DNA of 54,982 bases from assembly GCA_024654025.1 (NCBI GenBank), contig JANLIR010000004.1, positions 1 through 54,982 on the forward strand. Reading direction: 5' to 3'. A program made the translations under genes and the position numbers. This stretch comes from Candidatus Wolfebacteria bacterium. Lineage in GTDB: Bacteria; Patescibacteriota; Minisyncoccia; UBA6257; UBA9933. Positions 26,844-35,335 of the stretch are shown here, piece after piece. Under the pieces are notes generated by a model. The model saw only the letters and a program-made list of their open reading frames with translations. It was not told where the DNA came from and did no database searches. Each line of letters opens with the position of its first letter. Within the stretch, counting starts at the first letter, position 1.

Positions 26844-26850
26844 ATATTAA

Positions 26851-27582
26851 TTACAGGGTTTGGTTGGCGAGTGTTAAATTACGAAGCGTGTATTTTTTTA
26901 AATTCAACACCTGTTCGTCGGTTATGACTTCGCAAATAACACCCCAATGGATTGAAACTAAATTTCTAATCTTTATTTGTTCAATATCGTATTCTGCTTC
27001 CAGCTGGCGAACCAATTTTCTTTTTATGGGCGTTCCGATAAAAAGTTTTTTGTTGGCGTACAAAAGCGGTTCGGTTAAAACCGTTATAAACGGGCCGTCA
27101 ATTTCTATAACTTCCCCCCAGCTTACTCGGCATTCATCCATGCTTTCAAGCGTGTGTTCGCGGTCGTCGTGGCCAGTTCGTTTCCAGACATTAAAAACAT
27201 GAAAAGAATGATGCGGTACCGCGCCTTTAACGATTTTATCTTCGACGAATGAAAAAGATTTGCCACCCATTTTATGTTTTATTTTATGGTCTTCTAAAAG
27301 GTGGCGGTAAAAACTTTTCTGGTCAATTTTTTCTAAAAGCCCGTTGCCCAACCAATACGCTTCAACAACGCGGCCGTCAAAGGGGTCTCTTATATTATTT
27401 GTCCGAGCTATATAGCTAAGATAAGGATAAAGGGTTTGGAATTTGGAAATTAAATGCTCCAAGCCGGCGTCTTTGGCTCCTTCATTTATATAGGCCTTAA
27501 TTTCGCTATTTTTATCAGGGCCGCAATAATGCAAGCGATTGGGCCCGAAAGCGTATCGGCTGCAGCGCAAAATTCCTTCCAT
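26851..27582 (-). CDS. Conserved hypothetical protein; Cys-containing N-domain and HypC-like C-terminal segment (hypothesis)
   Basis: The N-terminus is CSRYAFGPNRLHYCGPD. The C-terminal part CRVSWGEVIEIDG...LVSIHWGVICEVITDEQ parallels HypC (C-x-x-x-P-G-x-I-x-x-I-D-G ... V-L-V-H-V-G-F-A). It appears co-oriented with, and likely co-transcribed with, the protease gene. Confidence 0.35.
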   Translation of the reverse strand: MEGILRCSRYAFGPNRLHYCGPDKNSEIKAYINEGAKDAGLEHLISKFQTLYPYLSYIARTNNIRDPFDGRVVEAYWLGNGLLEKIDQKSFYRHLLEDHKIKHKMGGKSFSFVEDKIVKGAVPHHSFHVFNVWKRTGHDDREHTLESMDECRVSWGEVIEIDGPFITVLTEPLLYANKKLFIGTPIKRKLVRQLEAEYDIEQIKIRNLVSIHWGVICEVITDEQVLNLKKYTLRNLTLANQTL

Positions 27583-27597
27583 GCTGTTTATGATAAG

Positions 27598-28536
27598 CTA
27601 AGCGCCGACAGAGGACAAATCTTTATTTCCGGCAAGGTTAGGGCTTTCAAAAGTTTTTTTGGCAAATACTATTATAAGAAACGTTCCACATACAAAAAGA
27701 ACTGAACTTAATAAATCTTTAAAGGTAAAGGCATGAGTGATAAATATTGCCGACAAAACATTTGTAACCAGAGTCGCTGGCACCAAAAGCGTTGCTACAT
27801 AAGTTGCCGGAGCGTGTTTAAGCGCCGTGTACCAAGTTGTGACATAACCGAACAAAAGCGCGCTGGTTAAAAATATCCAGCCCCATTGCGCTGGGTTCAT
27901 GTTGGGCAAGAGAAGCGTGTCGCCGCGAGAAAAAAGAAAAATAATTAAGATTAGCGATCCTATCGCCATTCTGGCGGCCGACACAACAGAACTGGATACA
28001 TCTTCCAGAGTTTTTTTAGCGATAATATTTTCAATCGCCCAAAAAAATGTTGCTCCAAGTATCATAAATTCGCCGGTATTGTATTTGAAACCGGTAAATC
28101 CGCCCACAAAAAGATTGGCGGCAAAAATAGTCGCGACTCCAAGCCATTGCCAACGATTCATCCGCTCTTTTAAAAACGGAATCGCCAAAACAAAAACCCA
28201 AAGAAACAGAGTTTTGTGAATAAGAGCCGCGTTAACGGCGCTCGTTTTTGAAAGTCCGGTGAAAAACAGGGCAAACGGAATTGACCCCCCGATAATTCCT
28301 ATTAAGATCAGTTTTAGACACTGATTTTTTGTCAAAGATTTTATTTCGGGCCATTTTTTCAGTCCAGTTAAAACGCCGATAAGCAATATCGCAACCAAGC
28401 TATTTTTTAAAACGGTAAAAAGTATCGGATCTTTAACGGCGGTAACCGCGGTTTTGTTTATAAAATTGCTTAATCCGGAAATAAAAGCGGTTGTCAGCGC
28501 GAGTATTGTTGCGTAGCGAAAATTTTTATTGCCCAT
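27598..28536 (-). CDS. EamA/DMT-family transporter
   Basis: About 10 TM helices in two similar halves, 312 aa. Confidence 0.7.
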   Translation of the reverse strand: MGNKNFRYATILALTTAFISGLSNFINKTAVTAVKDPILFTVLKNSLVAILLIGVLTGLKKWPEIKSLTKNQCLKLILIGIIGGSIPFALFFTGLSKTSAVNAALIHKTLFLWVFVLAIPFLKERMNRWQWLGVATIFAANLFVGGFTGFKYNTGEFMILGATFFWAIENIIAKKTLEDVSSSVVSAARMAIGSLILIIFLFSRGDTLLLPNMNPAQWGWIFLTSALLFGYVTTWYTALKHAPATYVATLLVPATLVTNVLSAIFITHAFTFKDLLSSVLFVCGTFLIIVFAKKTFESPNLAGNKDLSSVGA

Positions 28537-28626
28537 ATTGTAAATAGTTTACTAAAATATAATAGCTAACGCAATTTAAAATTAGCGCGGGTTTTTAAAG
28601 GAGTAAAAAGGGGTATAATTATAGCA

Positions 28627-29247
28627 ATGAAACGGCTAAATAATTTTAAGCTTAAAGAATTCGATATATTTGAAAAACTGGACACACCTTCAAAAATACA
28701 GGATTTTATCGATAATATTCCGATAAATTTTGAAAAAAACGGCGAGACCTGTCAATCTCCTTTGATGGTTTTAAAAAATAACAAAGCGCATTGTTTAGAA
28801 GGAGCGCTCTTGGCTGCCGCGATTTTTTTATATCACGGCAAAAAACCGCTTCTTCTTGATTTAGTGACTACTCCAAAAGACGATTATCACACCGTGGCCT
28901 TGTTCAAGGAAGGGAACCGCTGGGGCGCGATAAGCAAAACCAACCACGCGTTTCTTCGTTATCGCGACCCGGTTTACAAATCCGCCCGCGAACTGGCGAT
29001 GTCTTATTTTAACGAATATTTTTTAGACAGCGGCAAAAAAACCCTACGAAGTTATTCCGATTCTTTTGATTTAACTAAGTTTGGCGAAAATTGGTTGGTT
29101 GCGAAGAATAATTTATGGAATATCGCTGAAGCTTTGGATAATTCAAAACACCACGAAATTATAAATAAAAAAATGATTAAGCGTTTACGTTTGGCAGACC
29201 CGATTGAAATAAAAGCCAACAAGCTGGTTCAGTGGAGGAAAAAATAA
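28627..29247 (+). CDS. Transglutaminase/papain-like fold protein (putative Cys-His enzyme)
   Basis: Ordered Cys...His pattern (NKAHCLEGALLAAAIF, DDYHTVALF, WGAISK). The call is tentative. Confidence 0.35.
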   Translation: MKRLNNFKLKEFDIFEKLDTPSKIQDFIDNIPINFEKNGETCQSPLMVLKNNKAHCLEGALLAAAIFLYHGKKPLLLDLVTTPKDDYHTVALFKEGNRWGAISKTNHAFLRYRDPVYKSARELAMSYFNEYFLDSGKKTLRSYSDSFDLTKFGENWLVAKNNLWNIAEALDNSKHHEIINKKMIKRLRLADPIEIKANKLVQWRKK

Positions 29248-29289
29248 TATATTGATATTTAAGGCTCGCATGCGTATCTTTATAAAATA

Positions 29290-29988
29290 ATGGAATATCA
29301 AAAAGAAGAAACGATTATCTGTATACCGGGATTAGGCGGTCATAAAACCAGTTTTAAGGGCTATGACCAATTACTCAGTAATTATAAAGTCATATTCACT
29401 GAAATTACTGATCCAAAACCGTCATTTGAAAAGATAGCTCAAATTTGTGAAAAGGAGAAAAGTGTTATTCTTTTAACCAATTGTTACGGCGCTCAGCTGG
29501 GAATTTCTCTTATTAAAAAGTTTCCGGAGAAAATCAAAAAATTCGTAATAATCGAGCCGTTTTTTGCGGAATTTCATCTTTGGCGCCACCCAGCTCGCGT
29601 CGTTAATTTTATTTTATTCGCTCTTTTTTCCATACTTGACTATTTTTATTTGCGGCGCCGATTTTTTTATAATCCGGATTATGACCATCTCGCAAAATAT
29701 CCTATTTTTATCCAGCCGATTTTTGACCTGTCTTGGCATAACTGGACGTTTTATTTTAAAAAAAGCAACGACATACTTTATTTTCGTTTACCTAAAAATC
29801 CGGTTACGGTCCCGACTTTAATATTTTATTCCTCCAAAGGATTTACAAGAGATAAAAAAACGCGGGAGGCAATAAGATCGGTTTTCGTAAATTCTCAGGA
29901 GGCGGAAGTAAATCCCCAAACGCATCTTATAATAAAACACGCGAAAGAAACCATAGGGCAAATTTTGAGAGATTGGCTTTCGAAATAA
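29290..29988 (+). CDS. Alpha/beta-hydrolase-fold-like protein with atypical nucleophile elbow
   Basis: The N-terminal beta-strand/oxyanion region is ICIPGLGGH. NCYGA sits where G-x-S-x-G is expected. The call is weak. Confidence 0.3.
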   Translation: MEYQKEETIICIPGLGGHKTSFKGYDQLLSNYKVIFTEITDPKPSFEKIAQICEKEKSVILLTNCYGAQLGISLIKKFPEKIKKFVIIEPFFAEFHLWRHPARVVNFILFALFSILDYFYLRRRFFYNPDYDHLAKYPIFIQPIFDLSWHNWTFYFKKSNDILYFRLPKNPVTVPTLIFYSSKGFTRDKKTREAIRSVFVNSQEAEVNPQTHLIIKHAKETIGQILRDWLSK

Positions 29989-30007
29989 CGAGTGGTATTA
30001 TTGCTTT

Positions 30008-30757
30008 ATGATTTCAATCGTTATACCGGCGCTAAATGAAGAAAAATACATAGGAAGATTGTTGGATTCGATCGCCCAACAAGATTTTGATGAAGGAATA
30101 GAGATAGTTGTCGCCGACGCGGGCTCTACCGACGCGACAAAAAAAATAATTGAATCCCATAAAAGAAATTTTTTCAAGGTATTGATTGTAAAAGGAGGGA
30201 TGCCGGCAGTGGGCAGGAACAACGGCGCCAAAGCATCTTTAGGCGACCCGATATTTTTTATAGACGCCGATTTGATAATCCCGGAACGGGATTTTTTAAA
30301 AAAAGCGGTTGATTATTTTAGAAAGAAAAACTTAGACATAGCCGCCACATATTTAAGGCCAGATAGTGAATGGTGGGTAGATAAGCTTTTGTCGCATCTT
30401 TACAATATTTTTCTACAGATTATTAAATTTTTCCGTCCCTCCGGATCAATGTGTATCGCGGCAAGCCGGGAACTATTTAATAAAACCGGAGGCTATCCGG
30501 AGGACGTGGTTATGGCGGAAGACCATGATTTTGTTAACGCGGCCTCCAAAATAGGACGCTACGGCATTATTCCTTACGCTCCAATATTTTCTATGCGCCG
30601 ATTTAATAAGGAAGGGCGACCTCGCGTTCTTTATAAATATTTACTGTCCTCTTTGCATCTAATTTTTTTCGGCCCCATCAAAAAATCTATTTTTAAGTAC
30701 GAGTTCGGAAATTTTGATGAAAAGCATCATAATGAACGATCAAAAACGGCTCTTTAA
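30008..30757 (+). CDS. Family 2 glycosyltransferase
   Basis: ISIVIPALNEEKYI, VVADAGSTD, DAD and a downstream ED motif. Confidence 0.85.
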   Translation: MISIVIPALNEEKYIGRLLDSIAQQDFDEGIEIVVADAGSTDATKKIIESHKRNFFKVLIVKGGMPAVGRNNGAKASLGDPIFFIDADLIIPERDFLKKAVDYFRKKNLDIAATYLRPDSEWWVDKLLSHLYNIFLQIIKFFRPSGSMCIAASRELFNKTGGYPEDVVMAEDHDFVNAASKIGRYGIIPYAPIFSMRRFNKEGRPRVLYKYLLSSLHLIFFGPIKKSIFKYEFGNFDEKHHNERSKTAL

Positions 30758-30775
30758 AGAAATAAATTAGCTGGC

Positions 30776-31411
30776 GTGATTTATTCAATTTCTACTCAAA
30801 CGTTTATCGCATTAGTTTTAAAGTACAAATATTTTATTTTGTATCCGCTTGTTGTTACTGAAGGGTCTGTTGCTACAATGGCCGCGGGATTTTTGGCATC
30901 ACTTAAGATTGTAAATGTTTTTATTGCCTTTGCAATCATAATTGTCGGAGACATGACGAGCGATTTATTGTTCTACGGAGCCGGACAGTTAGGGGCGGTT
31001 TGGCAAAGAGCCGCCAAATTTCTTAGCCGTTTCGGTCTTGAATCCAGAAAGGAAAAATTTATCCGTTTATTTGACCGACAGGGCTGGAAACTATTCATTG
31101 TAGGAAAAATTACCCATTCTCTGGCGGGATTAATTTTAGTAGGCGCCGGTTATGCCCGCATAAGATTTTGCCGTATATTGTGGTATAGTTTCGTTGGCGC
31201 GTTTGTAAAAGCGGTTATATTATTTTTTATAGGATATTTGGCCGGAGCCGCCTACGAGCAGTATGCTAAATATCTTGAATCAGTCATAGTTATTTTGTCT
31301 TTAGGGTCGATATTTTTGCTTATAATTTTATTCCATCTTCCCAAACCCATCATTTCAAAAGTTATCGGACTGGAGGACGACAACTCCATAGAAGATTTAA
31401 AAAATGACTAA
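30776..31411 (+). CDS. DedA/SNARE-associated membrane protein
   Basis: GTG start. The pattern VVTEGSVATMAAGFLA...IVGDMTSDLLFYGAGQLG is typical of DedA. Confidence 0.55.
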   Translation: MIYSISTQTFIALVLKYKYFILYPLVVTEGSVATMAAGFLASLKIVNVFIAFAIIIVGDMTSDLLFYGAGQLGAVWQRAAKFLSRFGLESRKEKFIRLFDRQGWKLFIVGKITHSLAGLILVGAGYARIRFCRILWYSFVGAFVKAVILFFIGYLAGAAYEQYAKYLESVIVILSLGSIFLLIILFHLPKPIISKVIGLEDDNSIEDLKND

Positions 31412-32042
31412 TTTATTCAATCGCCATAAAATTTTCTGGTCAGATAAGAAGTTGATTGCGGAAGTGGTGATAGGCATTGTTTTGCTCTTTTTAAGCATGT
31501 ACGCGACTTATTGGGCTAATATCTATGTTGCTAGGCGCGCCAGTAGCTCGGTTACCGATATTTTACTTGATAATATTCCGGTGGTGGATGTGGACTTCCT
31601 TTATTCTACCGGGGCGGCAATTTTTATAATCATCGTAGTTATTGTGGCTTTTCAGGATCCGAGACGCATTTCTTTTATTTTAAAAAGTACAGCGCTTTTT
31701 TTCTTATTTCGTTCGGCGTTTATGATGCTTACTCATATAGGACCGCCTCAAAATATGTTGGTGAGTAACAGTGGCGATTTTTTTCACAAATTAAGTTCCG
31801 GGGACGATTTATTCTTCTCCGCTCATACGGGATACCCGTTTCTTATTGCTCTTATTTTTTGGAACCACAAGCGGCTGAAAGATTTATTTTTTGCGCTTTC
31901 GATAATTGGGGCGGTTATCGTCATACTCGGACATTACCACTATTCCATAGACGTTTTTTCGGCGTTTTTTATAACTTTCGGCATTTTCCAGATTGCTAAG
32001 AATTTTTTTAAAGAAGATTACAAAATGCTCGCGGTAACTTAA
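31404..32042 (+). CDS. PAP2_C / sphingomyelin-synthase-like lipid phosphotransferase
   Basis: SGDDLFFSAHTG and GHYHYSIDVFSAF correspond to the CGDxxxSGHT and HYTxDV motifs of the SMS/PAP2_C family. It has six TM helices. Confidence 0.5.
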   Translation: MTNLFNRHKIFWSDKKLIAEVVIGIVLLFLSMYATYWANIYVARRASSSVTDILLDNIPVVDVDFLYSTGAAIFIIIVVIVAFQDPRRISFILKSTALFFLFRSAFMMLTHIGPPQNMLVSNSGDFFHKLSSGDDLFFSAHTGYPFLIALIFWNHKRLKDLFFALSIIGAVIVILGHYHYSIDVFSAFFITFGIFQIAKNFFKEDYKMLAVT

Positions 32043-32103
32043 CGTACTACGTAGTATTGCGGTATTGGTATAAAAAGCGAAAAATTAAACATAGGAAATT
32101 GAG

Positions 32104-32140
32104 CCCCACCGACAACACAGGTCGCGCGGGGTATTTTTAT
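32104..32140 (+). terminator. GC-rich hairpin plus T-run after the PAP2_C-like gene
   Basis: CCCC-ac-CGAC (7-nt loop) GTCG-cgc-GGGG followed by TATTTTTA. Confidence 0.45.
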
Positions 32141-32158
32141 AAATAACAGAGATGATTT

Positions 32159-32614
32159 TTACCCATTGATTGTATCGTTTAATGTCTGAATGTATTTGCT
32201 TAACCATTCCTCGATTTCTAATAGAAACAAATCTTTATTGTCTGCTCCTTTTGACTCCGCTACTCTTCTGGCTAAATTAACTAAATAGTCTTCAATTTCT
32301 TCTTGCGGACCGCGAAGCCACAAATTATTTATAAACAAAAAAATCAAAAGTGAAGCTGTTGCGGTTCTTTTATTCCCGTTTTTGAACGGATGATTTTTTA
32401 TTAATCCATAGTACAAAATCGCTGCTTTTTTGTGGAATGTTGGATAATAAGGTTGTTTGGGGTTATTAAGCGCCGATTCAAGAAGGGCAATTTCATGGTC
32501 GTCAAATTTTGTCATCGGCTCTACTGACGAATCAAAAAGCGCCACCGCTATCGGGTGGCACATTTTTTCCATTAATTCTCTGTTGATAAAGTTAATATTT
32601 TCAGACTCTGTCAT
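32159..32614 (-). CDS. doc: Doc-type toxin (Fic fold, kinase subfamily)
   Basis: HPFKNGNKRTA matches the Doc variant of the Fic motif (compare P1 Doc HIFNDANKRTA). The preferred start is the ATG at 32614, which overlaps the antitoxin stop by 14 nt; the ORF track uses GTG at 32638. Confidence 0.8.
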   Translation of the reverse strand: MTESENINFINRELMEKMCHPIAVALFDSSVEPMTKFDDHEIALLESALNNPKQPYYPTFHKKAAILYYGLIKNHPFKNGNKRTATASLLIFLFINNLWLRGPQEEIEDYLVNLARRVAESKGADNKDLFLLEIEEWLSKYIQTLNDTING

Positions 32615-32768
32615 ATTCGGCAAGCCGTTCAAAAACACGACGATAATCTTTTATCGCTTTTTTTGCTCCTTCAATCGCTTTTTTTTCAAGCTCGGCTTTA
32701 TTGAGGGGCACTGTTTTGACTTCCTTTTTAGCGCTCTTTTTAAATATTTTTCCTAAAATCTTCCTCAT
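32601..32768 (-). CDS. Phd-like antitoxin partner of Doc (55 aa, absent from the ORF track)
   Basis: Hand translation gives MRKILGKIFKKSAKKEVKTVPLNKAELEKKAIEGAKKAIKDYRRVFERLAEYDRV. TGGTATAAT (32775-32783, minus strand) lies 6 nt upstream of the ATG. The stop overlaps the doc start, which is classic type II TA coupling. Confidence 0.6.
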   Translation of the reverse strand: MRKILGKIFKKSAKKEVKTVPLNKAELEKKAIEGAKKAIKDYRRVFERLAEYDRV

Positions 32769-32839
32769 ATTTCAATTATACCACTATGATTTTTAAATTC
32801 AATTATTTCGATATGTTTGTAAGAGGAGAGCACGAGCGT

Positions 32840-33802
32840 TTATTTTTTATCTTTAATGCTATTCAAGATTTTTTCTACTTTTTTTATGCTTTCTAAGTCG
32901 AGAATGGAAATAGCAATTGCGCGGGAGTCTATTTTTTTAAGAACTGTTAATTTTTTATTAAGCTCTTTTTGTGTTACAAGATCGCTCTTTGTAAGAAAAA
33001 GGCGTTCCGGTTTTTTAAGAAGTTTTTTGTTATACAAGCCCAATTCTTTGCGGATGGTCTTGTAGTCCTTTGAGGGAGCAGAAGATTCCGATGAAATAAA
33101 ATGAAAAAGAATATTTGTCCGCTCAATATGGCGGAGAAATTTAATGCCAAGCCCTTTGCCGCTTGACGACCCTTCTATGAGCCCGGGGATATCCGCGAGG
33201 ATAAGTTCGTAGTACGCGCCTAAGTTTGGCTCAAGCGTGGTAAATGGATAATTTGCCACTTTGCTTTTGGCGTTTGTGAGCTCGTTAAGTAAGCTTGATT
33301 TGCCGACATTTGGAAGTCCCACGAAACCGACATCTGCGATGAATTTAAGTTCAAATCTGAATTTGAAATCTTCTCCCGGCGTGCCTGTTTGCGCGTATTT
33401 CGGCGAGGTGTTACGGGGAGAACGAAAATGAAAATTACCTTTTCCGCCGATTCCGCCTTTTGCAAGGAGAATCCGTTCGCCGATTTTTTCAACGTTAATT
33501 TCACTGCCGTTTGTAAGGTTGTGAGCTACGGTTCCAACCGGCAGTTTCAAAACAAGGTCTTCTCCGTCTTGGCCGTCACGGAACTGTCCGCGGCCGTCCT
33601 GGCCGTTATCCGCGGTAAATTCTTTTTTAAAGCGAAACTGTTGGAACGCGCTCAAATCAGAAACACCTTCTCCATAAACGCTTCCGCCTTTGCCTCCCGA
33701 CCCTCCGGCGGGCCCTAAGCTCATTAAGTTTGTATTAAACGTCGATGCGCCTTTTCCGCCATGGCCAGCGTTTATTTTTATTTCTACATCATCGATGAGC
33801 AT
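32840..33802 (-). CDS. obg: GTPase Obg/CgtA (short form)
   Basis: Gly-rich Obg fold (GGKGASTF, GGSGGKGG), G1 GLPNVGKSS, G2 YPFTTL and G3 DIPGLIEG. Confidence 0.9.
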   Translation of the reverse strand: MLIDDVEIKINAGHGGKGASTFNTNLMSLGPAGGSGGKGGSVYGEGVSDLSAFQQFRFKKEFTADNGQDGRGQFRDGQDGEDLVLKLPVGTVAHNLTNGSEINVEKIGERILLAKGGIGGKGNFHFRSPRNTSPKYAQTGTPGEDFKFRFELKFIADVGFVGLPNVGKSSLLNELTNAKSKVANYPFTTLEPNLGAYYELILADIPGLIEGSSSGKGLGIKFLRHIERTNILFHFISSESSAPSKDYKTIRKELGLYNKKLLKKPERLFLTKSDLVTQKELNKKLTVLKKIDSRAIAISILDLESIKKVEKILNSIKDKK

Positions 33803-33839
33803 TGTTTTTTAATTATATTAAGATTGAAACTTAAACCCC

Positions 33840-33893
33840 TAAAGGATTCTTTGGGTTAATTTATTATAACAGATTGTCCCGCTCCGGTCAGGG
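33840..33893. repeat. Island repeat copy A (right half only)
   Basis: 44/54 identical to 36020-36073 by hand alignment. It carries TGTTATAAT on the minus strand (33863-33871). Confidence 0.8.
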
Positions 33894-33929
33894 AAAACAT
33901 CACTGTTGAAATGTGGACATTTCTAACAA

Positions 33930-34937
33930 TTAGTAATCCTCGTTAGGAAATATGAATTTCCTGGGTGGAGGCTTAATGTGTCGTATCTCAGAATCTATTT
34001 TTTTCAGAGAATCTTTTATTGATTCATTTTTTTCTTCTTCGGTAGATGTGTGTAACACGGTCATTCCAACCTTCTTTTTAATTTGTTCACTTTCGAGTGT
34101 GTATATTATTTCGTTTATTTTATTAAAAACCTCCTCGTATCTTATTAGATAAGGTGGCAGCTCTGCATACTTAAGATGTGTTATGAAAAACCGATGTACG
34201 GCTCGATTCCGAAAATCGTACAACTCATTTAGTTCCCCATATATATTTTTATCAATAATGTTCAAATCTTTTGCCATAGCTATGATATTTCTCTCGCTTA
34301 TATACTTCTTCCCTTTTTGGAAAATCAAATCTTCATTGACGGCCATAGTTTTTTTAATTATTTGCTCTTTAAGAACAATAGCCATTCTTAGTAGACCATC
34401 TATCAATGAGGCATAAAGAACAAGTCCCTCCATTAAACTACCTTCGGCACAAGCCTTTGTAAGCAATATACGTGCTGCTCCAATGGCCCTAAGAATATTG
34501 ACCAATGGATTTTTCTTGTTTTCTTTTTCGAGATCCGACTCCAACACCTTCATTCTTGCAATTCCCCTTATTACTGCCGATAAAAAATTCTCACCCTCTT
34601 TTCTAAGCTTTGAAGAAACACTCAGACTAAAATCTTTAGTTTTATCGTGTCCATAACCTACAGACCATCCACCTTTAAAATCGTAACAAGTTAACAAGCC
34701 ATGTTTAGTTTTGAAGACCCAAGTCCAAGTCGTTTTTTTATCAATAAACATAACACCGTCCGTGTCTAAATTAGGCGGGCCATATACCGTATTTAATAGA
34801 TCAAAAACTTCGTTTGCAGAAATATTAGAATCAAAGGGAGTGCCGCACAGAAAAGCCCCGCCGTATATCTTAATCTTAGGAGAGTATTCGAATCGCGAGA
34901 TGGGGAATTTTTTTCTTAGTTCATCTTTTAGGTCCAT
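33930..34937 (-). CDS. Two-domain protein with C-terminal HEPN-like domain (R-x4-H)
   Basis: The C-terminal helical region ends in LNELYDFRNRAVHRF (RNRAVH = Rx4H). The ~180-aa N-domain is unrecognised. The start was set to the ATG at 34937; the longer ORF-track version reads through repeat copy B. Confidence 0.5.
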   Translation of the reverse strand: MDLKDELRKKFPISRFEYSPKIKIYGGAFLCGTPFDSNISANEVFDLLNTVYGPPNLDTDGVMFIDKKTTWTWVFKTKHGLLTCYDFKGGWSVGYGHDKTKDFSLSVSSKLRKEGENFLSAVIRGIARMKVLESDLEKENKKNPLVNILRAIGAARILLTKACAEGSLMEGLVLYASLIDGLLRMAIVLKEQIIKKTMAVNEDLIFQKGKKYISERNIIAMAKDLNIIDKNIYGELNELYDFRNRAVHRFFITHLKYAELPPYLIRYEEVFNKINEIIYTLESEQIKKKVGMTVLHTSTEEEKNESIKDSLKKIDSEIRHIKPPPRKFIFPNEDY

Positions 34938-35018
34938 CTGTTTTATTCCATGAGAACTATTAGTAAAGCTGGCTATCCACAAACATCCCAGCTCCCCTTG
35001 ATACCGCGCTAACTGCTG

Positions 35019-35095
35019 CTGTGTTCTCCGGTCTGGAACCCACCAGAGCAAGACCGTTAAAGGATTTTTTGGGTCAATTTATTATACCAAATTGA
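35019..35095. repeat. Island repeat copy B (full length)
   Basis: 68/77 identical to 35981-36057. It contains the hairpin TCTGG-n6-CCAGA and TGGTATAAT on the minus strand (35081-35089). Confidence 0.85.
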
Positions 35096-35272
35096 CCCGC
35101 CTGTCTATCCATAGCACTTGGCGAAGGTGGGATGCTGGAGCTTATTTAAGGATTTAATTATATAACAATTTGCGTTTAAGATATATGTTTTTAATAGGAT
35201 TTTATGCTTTGACAGTTATCCACACTCTAATTGACTTCTAATACCGGAGGTTATATATTTAATATATAAACG

Positions 35273-35305
35273 CCCCAGCCAGCCGCAAGGTCCGCTGGGG
35301 TTTTT
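35273..35305 (+). terminator. Orphan terminator-like hairpin CCCCAGC...GCTGGGG plus T5
   Basis: Read directly. There is no ORF upstream on the plus strand. It lies 30 nt upstream of the NYN gene start. Confidence 0.4.
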
Positions 35306-35335
35306 AGTTATCAAAGTATTGTATATAATAATAAA

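Noticed and set aside
33930-35051. N-terminally extended versions of ORFs given by the track (33930-35051, 13741-14907, 23964-24536, 24412-25110)
   Set aside because: The extensions read through a repeat element, a promoter or terminator, or the neighbouring gene. Internal ATGs (34937, 14763, 24162, 24628) sit behind RBS or -10 signals and give N-termini typical of the families.
35185-35241. 18-codon hydrophobic ORF (MFLIGFYALTVIHTLIDF) in the island spacer, possible type I toxin
   Set aside because: There is no SD and no -10 at leaderless distance. The region is AT-rich, where such ORFs arise by chance, and I cannot test conservation.
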